Shown here piece by piece: positions 1 through 10,729 of a DNA stretch of 41,380 bases. The notes below the pieces were generated by a model. It was not told the origin of the DNA, did no database searches, and was given only the letters and a program-made list of their open reading frames with translations. This stretch comes from Atractiella rhizophila. Taxonomy: Eukaryota. Location: contig MU271284.1 of the NCBI GenBank assembly GCA_021432655.1, positions 62,001-103,380 on the forward strand. The letters run 5' to 3'. The stretch's first letter is position 1. Every line of letters begins with the position of its first letter. A program made the translations under genes and the position numbers.

Positions 1-12
1 GAATCGATAGCA

Positions 13-1477
13 ATGGCAGACATCTTCGAACTGGACGGATGGGTGAATCAGCTCCTCCAGTGCAAGCAGCTCTCAGAGAACGACGTCAAGAAACTATGCG
101 ATAAGGTCTGTTCTCCTTCTCCTCATCTCCCTCATGCCGCCATCTCGAACGAAGTCTTATCATTCGGTGTGTGGTGTGCTCGCTTTGTCCGCGGCTGGAT
201 GGTTCACGTCGTGCCTGGGTGTATGGATCGGATGGGGATGAAAGGCGCGCGAGATATTGATGGAGGAGTCGAATGTTCAGCCGGTCAAGTGTCCTGTCAC
301 CGTCTGTGGTGATATCCACGGTCAATTCGTGGGTCTCCTTGCACTCCGCTTGTGCAAAAAGGTATTGAAGTGGGAATACGTCCAGCACGACCTCTCGGAA
401 CTCTTCCGGATCGGCGGCAACTCTCCAGACACCAATTACCTCTTCATGGGCGACTATGTCGACCGTGGCTACTACTCCGTCGAGACCGTTACCCTGCTCG
501 TGACGCTCAAAGTGAGGTACAGGGAGAGGGTCACCATCTTGAGAGGCAACCATGAATCTCGACAGATCACTCAAGTCTATGGATTCTACGACGAATGTCT
601 GAGGAAATACGGAAACGCAAACGTTTGGAAATTCTTCACCGATCTCTTCGATTATCTGCCCCTCACTGCCCTGATCGATGATCAGGTAGGCGTCCTTTCT
701 CTCCCTAACCTTAATACTTTGCCTCCTTTCAATCCTAACGTCATCATCAGATATTCTGTCTTCACGGCGGCCTCTCCCCCTCCATAGACACCCTCGACCA
801 CATCCGCTCCATCGAACGCATTCAAGAGGTCCCTCACGAAGGTCCGATGTGCGACCTCCTCTGGTCCGACCCCGACGATCGTTGTGGATGGGGTATCTCG
901 CCCCGTGGCGCCGGATACACTTTTGGGCAGGACATCAGTGAAGCCTTCAACCACAACAATGGCTTGACATTGGTGGCGAGGGCACATCAGGTGCGTTCAT
1001 CCTTTCTCTAGCGACGGAGCGGGGTGGGATGGAGCTCCTTTCGTCCAATACCGATTATTCTTCCAGTATCCCCAAGCAGAGGATGGCTGACTGACAGATT
1101 GTTGTTGTGACAGCTCGTGATGGAGGGCTTCAACTGGTCGCACGAAAAGAACGTGGTCACGATCTTCTCCGCCCCCAACTATTGCTACCGATGCGGCAAC
1201 CAGGCGGCGATCATGGAGCTGGACGAGAAGCTCCAATACACCTTGTCAGTCCTCCCTCGTTTATTCCCCTCATCCCTATCCTCTCCCCTCTCCCCTTTAC
1301 CCGATCTCGGTCTTGGTGACTGATCCCATCTGCGATCGACAGCCTCCAGTTTGACCCTGCACCGAGGACCGGGGAACCGTTGGTCTCGCGGAGAGTACCG
1401 GACGTGAGTTCATCCCTTCCTTCTTGTCTCCTTGATGGGATGGGAAATTGATTGATTGGGTACAGTATTTCCTCTAA
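13..1477 (+). CDS. PPH21: Serine/threonine protein phosphatase 2A catalytic subunit (7 exons)
   Basis: Phosphatase motifs GDIHG, GDYVDRG and [16 protein letters not shown]; spliced C-terminus RRVPDYFL*. Introns at about 106-244, 329-385, 686-750, 991-1113, 1245-1342 and 1404-1465. Confidence 0.95.
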
Positions 1478-2112
1478 TAGTCGTCCCTAATTTCCCTTCG
1501 GCCATCCTCCTTGTCACGCTGTCACCTCATTGAACACATCACTACCTCCCGATTTCCGATCACAACCCGTCCCCGAAAAGAAAATAAAACGACGAACAAA
1601 ATCCGTACTGCCGATCGAGCACAAGAAGAAGAAAAAAGAAGGAATAAATTCACTGTTTGAAGCAGAAGAAGAAGTATTGATTGGTTGGTTGGCATCGAAT
1701 CTTTCAAGTCTAATCGAGTACAATCTCAAAGAAGAGGAACATTTCAAGTCTGAGTCTGATGATGTTGGATGTACATGTGCCTCAGTTTCTGTTCCAAGTT
1801 CGTCCCTTACTACTACTATATTCTTACCCTGTAGACTCTTTCCTTCTTCCCTTCCCTTCCTCCCTTTTTTATATTTCCCTCTCTCGACAATTTTGTTGGT
1901 GTGCGTACCCTTGGTCAATGAACTGGCTTTTGAACCAGGATGTGAGGCATTGGACTATAGATATTCACATTTGCGACATCAGCATGAATCTTAACGATCT
2001 CAACAGGTATGGTATTCACTCAAATTCAGATCGGATAGATGGATAGGATAAATCCCTGGTCAAAAAATGGGGCACGTGCAATTACTGATGCCGGAAGCAA
2101 ACTCTCGAGGAG

Positions 2113-2127
2113 GGAACTTTCCAGAGT
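2113..2127. promoter_or_regulatory. Putative heat-shock element (nGAAnnTTCnnGAGn)
   Basis: gGAActTTCcaGAGt lies about 75 bp upstream of the ATG of the Hsp90 co-chaperone p23, with one mismatch to a three-unit HSE. Confidence 0.4.
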
Positions 2128-2201
2128 TCGCGTCGTCTGTGTGCAGAAGAACGACCAACACCTAACCCTCACTCTTCCCATCCGCGACATATCCTTTCTA
2201 A

Positions 2202-3250
2202 ATGTCAGCCACTCCCACCGCCCAGCCCGAAGTGCTCTGGGCACAGCGATCGAGGCAGGTCATTTTCTGGTCCCTCGTCAAATGAACAACTTTTATTGAT
2301 GTTCGATGTGGTGGCTCGCAGCGATGTGGACGCTAACAGGAACGTCATCTGGCTCACCATCTCCGTACCTGACCTGGATCCGAGTTCTGTCAAGGTGGAA
2401 TGGACGAATCCTTCCCATCTCAGATTCGAAGGCACTTCGAACCCTCCGCACATGCAGAAAGGCTCGACAGCTTCTCAGGTCGAGAAGAAACACTTTGTGT
2501 TCGATTACGACCTCTTTGGAGAGGTGGAGGAAGTGACAGAAAAGAGGAGGCTGACAAATAAGAGCTTGATTTTGACGGTTAAGAAGAAGGAGCTGACGGA
2601 GGAGTATTGGCCAAGGTTGATCAAGGAGAAGAAGAAGGTTCAAACCATCAAGTACGCTTTTTCTCTTGTTGTTCTTACACCGGGTGGAGTGTTCATTATC
2701 CTTTTTCACGGACAGAACCGATTTTTCCAAGGTACACTGGTTATTATACTCCTGACCATGTTGCTGAAAGTCCAAGTGTAGTGGAAGGATCAAGATGAGC
2801 AGAACGATGAAGAGGAGCCAGAAGAGGACATGGGAGGCATGGGAGGTATGGGAGGTATGGGAGGCATGCCAGGAATGGGAGGAGGCGGAGGTATGGGAGG
2901 CATGAATCGTACGTCGTTTAAAGATCTTCCACTCGCAAGCCTTACCAATTTTCTCATCAGCGGAAGACATGGCAAGTACGTTTATCCTTTGATCTCCCTC
3001 TGCTACGACCATAATAATGTTCTGTGGACGTGTAGAAATGATGGAACAGTTCAAGGCTGGAGGAGGTGTTGGAGGAGATGCTGATTTCGGAGACGATTCG
3101 GATGAGGAATTTGAGGACGATGAGGAAGATGAAGAAGGAGAGGGTAAGGAGAAGAAGAAGGATGACGATGCCGATCTTCCCCCTCTAGAAGTTCGTCCTT
3201 ATTCCTCCTCTCCCTCCCCTCGTTCGCTTACTTCTGTTTTGCAACAGTGA
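2202..3250 (+). CDS. SBA1: Hsp90 co-chaperone p23 (CS domain, GGM-repeat and acidic tail)
   Basis: PEVLWAQRS, YWPRLIKEKKK, KTDFSKWKDQDE, GGM repeats and the ending LPPLE*. Contains 16-nt and 15-nt exons; the first intron (2255-2321) is GC-AG. Confidence 0.9.
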
Positions 3251-4027
3251 CACCTTACATGATCGAGGACTTGCTTGGATCGAACGCTCTTGAAACTCGC
3301 CTTACACCGTCTGTTGTGTAGCTATCGACAAGAAATAGCGAAAAATAAAATGTCCCATTTATTGTTACATCAGCTCACATCCTTCAAGTCGCACGCTCGG
3401 ATTCATCTCTCCATCGGGAGCCTGATCAAAAGTAGCTGAATTACGCAACCGTCCATTCAAACAGTCTCAATATCCGACGTCTATGTGTTTGAAAGAGAGC
3501 GATAAATATACGTAGGATAAGATGTTGTCACAGGCACTGAATAAATGAAGCGGTACAGGATGTCGATGATGAGCCTGAGACGGGAGCTACAAAGGAAGTA
3601 AAGCAAGAACAGCAAAAAACGGCCGTGTGTTCAACTTCTCGAGATTGTCCAATTCCACGAGAATGAGGCGGAAGATTAGGGAGCCAAGATGGGACACGAG
3701 TGTTTGCCGATATCATCTCTCTGAAAACGATGATATGGACGATGTTGAAGGGTCGCTGATGGGGGTGCGAATGGCAGAGAAGAATATGAAGGAGCGTAGA
3801 CGGTGAGAAAGAAATGTGTGATTTAAAGGTGGCGACGGCCGCACTTGGAAAAAGGAGAGTGTTAGTTAAAGAGAGGATGAGCGCTGACGAGCTGTGGTCC
3901 ATGGTGCGAGAAACATCTAAAACGGAAAGGGAACGAAGAACAGAGTCCCTTCGCACGTAGTCAGTATTTCATTTCGACGGGCTGAGAGAATAAGAATGGC
4001 GCACAGGGATTCCTACAAGGAATGAGT

Positions 4028-5136
4028 TTAGGACACCGGGGGATAGTCTTCGTCTTCCTTCGGCAGCCTCCGCTGAACCACCACAAAATAACATCAGCAA
4101 GACTAGAAACTCGTGACGGCAGAAAGGAAGGCGAACTTTGCCTAACCCGACTCCGACACTTATTGTATCCAGAGCAAGCGTGGCATTCACTGTGATACCC
4201 AGGAGGTTCACATCCTGTATAATCATTAGAAGGAGGCGATGAGAGAACACAAGATACTTACTACGCTACTGTAGACCATAATCACAGACGTGGTGAGTAA
4301 AAGATTGGGGTCAGTTCATCATGATGCGACTTACATGCTGCTGATAACGACGTCAGCAAACACACATGATCGATGGAACGAGAGGACACTCACTCGCTGT
4401 CGGCGGAAAAATGGTCCAATTCAGCAATAACTCAGCACATGAGCGGGCAAACTCACCTACTGTAAGAGCAACAGTGGTCAGCCCAGAAATCAACAAAAGA
4501 AAGTTTGTGGAAGAAGAACTTACTCTCTATTCAATAGAATCATGACAAGCGGGTCGCGGTGACCTTGATAAGCAGGCTTTTGGCACTAGAAAGTATAAAC
4601 TTACGCGCTGCGATGGAATGTCGCCGTCAGCACTATCCTACGTAACGGAGAGGGAGGGGAGGCTCACCAGCTGCGACGAAGAATAAGCATCGAGCACAGT
4701 CAATGTTCTGATTGCAATGATGAAACAATGCTTACCCGCTGATACAGACGTCAGCAAAGATGCAAAAATAGAGAAACACACGTACCTTCTGCAATTCGCA
4801 ATTCGAGGAATCACAAGCAGTGAGATTAGTTGATTATTTAGAGCGTTGCACTTACTCCCTATCGCGGAATCAGACTTCAATTCTGTCAATCGAGGGACGG
4901 AGACCTACCAACTGGGGCCCACCAGAACAAGGACGCTCCGTCAGAGGTAAGAAATTATGGCATGAACAACAGCGCACCATCGAGCCTTTATCCTCCTGTC
5001 GCCAATGTGTCAATGATTTACTCAGGTCGAAACACAAGTTAACTTACGCTGCTGGGCTAGATTCAGGGGAGGCAGCCAAGGCGAGCTGACTGGTCCACAG
5101 TCCCAAAGCGAGAGAGATGAGAGCAGCAGGGCGCAT
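4028..5136 (-). CDS. Secreted 89-aa prepro-peptide encoded by a 15-exon micro-exon gene
   Basis: Exons (minus strand): 5136-5048, 4995-4978, 4911-4909, 4858-4856, 4788-4786, 4738-4736, 4670-4668, 4607-4605, 4526-4524, 4459-4457, 4396-4394, 4340-4335, 4268-4262, 4214-4137, 4072-4028. All 14 introns are GT..YAG and 47-78 nt long. The joined frame is open: MRPAALISLALGLWTSQLALAASPESSPAARIKARCWESGCADSDSISVDVNLLGITVNATLALDTISVGVGLGKRRLPKEDEDYPPVS*. Confidence 0.8.
4262..4911 (-). other. Array of nine consecutive 3-nt exons (TTG, GGA, AAG, CGG, CTG, CGC, AGA, TAG, CGA) followed by 6-nt and 7-nt exons
   Basis: A YAG-NNN-GT unit recurs every 50-80 nt. The donors following the eleven exons are GTAGGT, GTAAGT (x5), GTACGT, GTAAGC, GTGAGC and GTGAGT (x2). 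Branch-like motifs (GCTGAC, CTAAT, TTGAC) lie upstream of most acceptors. Confidence 0.85.
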
Positions 5137-6124
5137 TGTGGATTTTTCGAAAGTGATGATGTACAAAAACAAAGTGAAAGAGGCCGAAATGAAGGAGGGG
5201 AAGGGCCAGGAGCGAGCAGATCGAAAAGATAACGTCGAAGGCAGGCTGCGAGGGCGGGAAAAAGTGAGGGTGCCAGGCGGCGGGGATATTATACCACTTT
5301 TTGGACCGCTGTTCGCGAATTCGACCGCCTTGTAATTAGAAGTTTTGGCGCCGTCCGTTTACATGAAATTGTTGCGTGCCGTTCCCCGTCCTTTCTTTGG
5401 AACGTTGAGAGCTTTCTTACTCGACAAAGGCAGAAGATGGAAGTATTCTCAGTGCTCGTTGCATTCAAGAAAGAGGATTATCCACCGTGAAGAACCACTT
5501 AGAAGATGTAACTTGAGCAGAGGCAGTGGTCAAAAAATCGTCAAGGTGATGGCAGGACAACAGTTGCTGAAGCGAGAATTTAGCGAACTCCGGACTTGGA
5601 ATGGTGGAACGCCACAAGAAACTACGCCCGAAGTATTTCTGTCCTTACAACCGAGCAGGAAGGTCCTCCATTCAATCTCAGCCAATCACGCTGCCCGAGT
5701 TGATCGAAACCCGAAGAGGTTCGCAGACAGCAGCTTTGAGGTTCGTCTCTTGAGTGCTGAAAAGGAATACATGTTGTCTTCCCCGGCGTTCACTAAGCGA
5801 GCAGAAGTATTCGGAGGTGTGATGGACCATGTGCTAAGATCCGCAAATTTGGGACTATTCTGAAGCAATCGGGTTATTTGAAAATCATTCATTAACAAAC
5901 CTTACTTTGCTTGTCCAAGGCTCGTCATGTGATTCTAGGAAGCTCTGCACTTTTTGAGTGATCGCGGAGTTGGAGTTGATCGAGACTTTGGGATTGGGAT
6001 CCAGTATCGGGAGAGCAGGAAAAGAGAGCTACGAACCGCAGTAAATGTTTCATTATCAGCATTTCTTCCATGCGTTAACCTGAGTTGACGAGCAGGATAA
6101 GGCACAAACATCTGTGAAATCATC

Positions 6125-7021
6125 ATGTCGCTTTTACGTCCATTTGTCGCTACGGACCTCTTCAAGTTCAACAACGTCTGCACCTCTTTTCTCACCCCCT
6201 TCTGCTCACATCACGCTCATCGGGTTTCCGGTGCAGATCAACCTGGACTCATGGACAGAGACTGTGGGTCTTCTCATCCAGCCCTGCTGACAAAAAACGA
6301 AGTGTTCCCAATATCATCGTGCATACAGTTCAGCACGTTTTACTACATGAACTACCTTTGTAGCTGGCCAGACCTTTTCAGCGTCCAAGAATCGCCAGAT
6401 GGAACCTTGATGGGCTACGGTCCGTCCCCCTCCTTGTTGTCCTCTCCCACGAATGCTTAGGAGCGATCTAGTGATGGGGAAAACCGAAGGTGTACAAACA
6501 GACTGGCAGTATGTCCACCCCCTTCTTTCTGCACTATCACCTTCCCTCACCAAAGAAGACTGAGCTCACGCTGGCGAGTTAGTGCTCACGTGTCTGCAAT
6601 CACGGTGGCGCCATCATATCGACGCCTGGGACTCGCCTCCAAAATGATGGGCCTCTTGGAGCGGGTTGGGAACAACCAACAAGTAGGTTCCCTTCATTCG
6701 TACATCGATCGAAGGATGCACTTTGATGTTTTATAGGCCTGGTTCGTTGATCTATTCGTCCGACCATCAAACGAGACCGCTGTGGACATGTATGAGAGCA
6801 TCGGATATTCGGTTTATCGGAAGGTGAGAGGTTATTATGGAGGTGGAGTGAAGGAAGGAGAGGAGGACGCTTATGGTGTGTACCCACTCTCTTTACGTTC
6901 AGTCATTTCATTCTGCCGGAACCCAGATATGCGAAAAGCCTTGCTTAAAGATGTCCATCGAATATCAGTGAGAGAAAACGGGAGGTCATATAGTGTCGAT
7001 CCGAATGAAATATATTGGTAG
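6125..7021 (+). CDS. NAT3: NatB N-terminal acetyltransferase catalytic subunit (7 exons)
   Basis: Spliced protein MSLLRPFVATDLFKFNNINLDSWTET...WHAHVSAITVAPSYRRLGLA...FVDLFVR...EDAYDMRKAL. Confidence 0.93.
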
Positions 7022-7133
7022 CTTTATGCAAAGAAGGCAAAAAAGTGTGTTATGTTTTACACTTGATCTCTATAGCAGAACTACATTGGTTGCATTTCGG
7101 TACAGGAGCAAGTTATATAATTCTATTGTAAGA

Positions 7134-9122
7134 TCAATCGTTTCTGTCGACCAGAACCGGGGTTGAGACGGGCGGGATATCGAACTTCAAGGTTCTGTTC
7201 ATCTTCTTTCTCGGCACGGGAGCTGAGGAACAATGCATGAGATTGAGACGAAGGAAAAGCGACGAGCGTACCGTTGACATTCTCGGTAATATAAAACCGA
7301 CGCAAGAGCATGATCGCCTCCTCTCTCTTATAGCCACCAAGAGCCACATAAGGTGGAGAGTGTATCAGGCGCGGGCTTCACAACATCGATTAGCAAGAAA
7401 TTCATTCGAGAAACCGAGGAAGTCTCACTCATCGTGCACATTCTGTACGCCACCGCAACCACCAAATCGCTCATTCGCGCATCCATAAATCACCATCCCA
7501 ATGCCGACTTGCCTCAGCGCAGAAGCGCACATGAGACAAGGTTCGACGGTGACGTAGAGAGTCAGGTCGCTGAGAGGAACCTGATGTTTATGAGGAGAGA
7601 CGGCGGGATGTGCGTCGGACGGAGTGAAGTAGGTCGATCGATGAGGGAGGAGGAGGGAGAGTGCATCGAATTCAGCGTGCAAGGTGGCCTGTTGGTGCCA
7701 TTAACTGCTACTTCTTAGTTCAGTTTGGTACTGTAAACAATTTGCAAGAGAATAAATCTGCTTCCCCAGCTGCAAGAAATTGTGTCGCATTGGGGAGTAC
7801 AACCTTTGTGTCATCAAGAAGACCAATGTTGACCCTCTCCTATCGTGTCTGCCAGAGACAAGTTTGAGACCTTTCAGTGAAGCGACAGAATAGCCTTGAA
7901 AGACAATCGGTCGAACACCGGTCCATCTTCAATCAGAACGATCCATTGTACTCTATCAACGGTGAAAAGAACAGAAGCACCAATTAGAAAGTCCACCACA
8001 GTGGTAACATCTAACATCGGCTTCTTCTCTGAGCTCCACTCGCGTCAATAAATGTCGTCTCAGTTTATCATCAATCAAGCCAAGAGTCTTCTTCCCAAGA
8101 GGTAGAACAATTACCTGGCCACCGTTTACAGTCATACTTGAAGGTTTCTATCTTCATTCGTCAGATGATTAGAACAAAAATCACCGTCTTCTCTATATCT
8201 TCACAGTGGAAAAGGGGAGAGTGCGTTGACCCGAAAAGACAGATCACTGTGGCATCTAAATGTGTCTAGATGGTTGTATGAGACGATCCCACATAGGACT
8301 TAACCAGCTGGGAGATGCTCATAAGAGCTCTTTTAAGGTTTTTTGAACCTGTTTTGACTTGACTCGTAAATATCATCATCTTCCTCCCCCCCATCCATAG
8401 GTGAGTGATAGGATTTTGAAACACATCGTGATGTGAAGCCATTAATCTAGTATTCAGAGAGAAAAGGACATTTCCTGAAAATAAGTTGGTTCACTATCTA
8501 CTGCTTCAGAGTTGGATGAAATCATGCATGCCTCTAGCGATTGACAAAAACACATAGCATAAGATCTCTTTCAGTGGTCTTTAGGAGAAGAACGACAATT
8601 TACGTTGCCTTTAAAATGGAGCAACAAAGTAGGGCGTAGTGGTGAGCTATATGCTTACCTTGCTATCATTATGTAGAAGTCTTTCATTGAAGTATGCTTT
8701 CGTTGGATATCATGATGTAGCACTTCATTCGATGAAGGGGAAGAAACATTAAACAAATTGCGAGCGGGACGAGACAATATGTGGCATCTCTCAAGTGAAA
8801 CGATCCATTGCATTCTCCTTGTCATTCCAAATGATTTTGATCCAGTATGCCAAAGCAGTCCACAAGCAATAAGCAGAAATAAACGACATACATTTCGACT
8901 CTGATTCGTCCTATTCCTCCCCTTAGCAACTACCTCCCATCCCTGATCCCCGTCTCCATCACCATCTCCTATCTCGAGTCCTTTTCCCCTTCCCCTGACG
9001 AGCACACAACCAACCGGTATTTCACCCGCGCGCAACGCCTCCTCCGCCATCTCGAATGCGAGGTCCATGCACCGTAGGTCTTCCTTGCTCTGCTGAGAAG
9101 GCGGAACGAGTGTAGGTGCCAT
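7134..9122 (-). CDS. TAD2: tRNA-specific adenosine-34 deaminase catalytic subunit (4 exons; 1203-nt first intron 7689-8891)
   Basis: GEIPVGCV, NRTNQSRN|ATLHAE, YVTVEPCLMCASAL, GCANERFGGCG and LLRRFYITEN. Confidence 0.93.
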
Positions 9123-9284
9123 ATTTATATCTAGTGTGATTTGTGATTTGCGTCCTCGTCGATTGGTTGGCAAAATCTGAGCTCACTTTGACCACCAACT
9201 TCACTTGCCACTGACACAAGTTGTGTCTACGCCAGGCAGCGCGTATCCCACCCATATCACTGTAGTATTTGAGGCGCAAAGAAG

Positions 9285-10457
<1,173 letters not shown>

Positions 10458-10729
10458 GCTTAGCAATCGATTGGAGCGTTGGAATGGGGATGGAGAGAGG
10501 GAGAAAGGGAGAGGATGTAAAAAGTTCTTTATATCCCTCCTTAGAGAGAAATCAGGGAGGAATGCATAATCTTTTCTACTTGTCCATCTTTCTCGTTCCA
10601 TTCGAAAGATACATGCAAACGACGAATTCCTTGCAACGAACGTGAATAACATATGCACAGCCAACCAGTCTGGACGTCTCCTCGCAGCCCCCCATCCTCC
10701 AAGTTTGTATGAAGAGAAAGACGAGACCA

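Noticed and set aside
1514..1994. 134-aa and 154-aa ORFs downstream of PP2A
   Set aside because: They derive from low-complexity A-rich and CT-rich 3'UTR or intergenic sequence.
2189..2198. ATATCCTT, a U12-type 5' splice-site look-alike (also at about 17724)
   Set aside because: One lies in a 5' UTR and the other inside a normal GT-AG intron. No matching U12 branch site or AC acceptor is needed for any gene model.
2830..2905. ATGGGAGGY tandem repeats
   Set aside because: This is the ordinary coding GGM repeat of the p23 tail, not a CRISPR array or satellite.
5345..5863. 172-aa plus-strand ORF between the micro-exon gene and NAT3
   Set aside because: No recognisable motif or coding-like composition, and it lies in a divergent promoter region, so it is probably spurious.
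7720..7817. Possible box C/D snoRNA in the TAD2 intron (minus strand TGATGA at 7816-7811, CTGA at 7723-7720)
   Set aside because: The C box lacks the leading purine, the terminal stem geometry is atypical, the D box abuts the branch region, and I could not identify a convincing rRNA-complementary guide.
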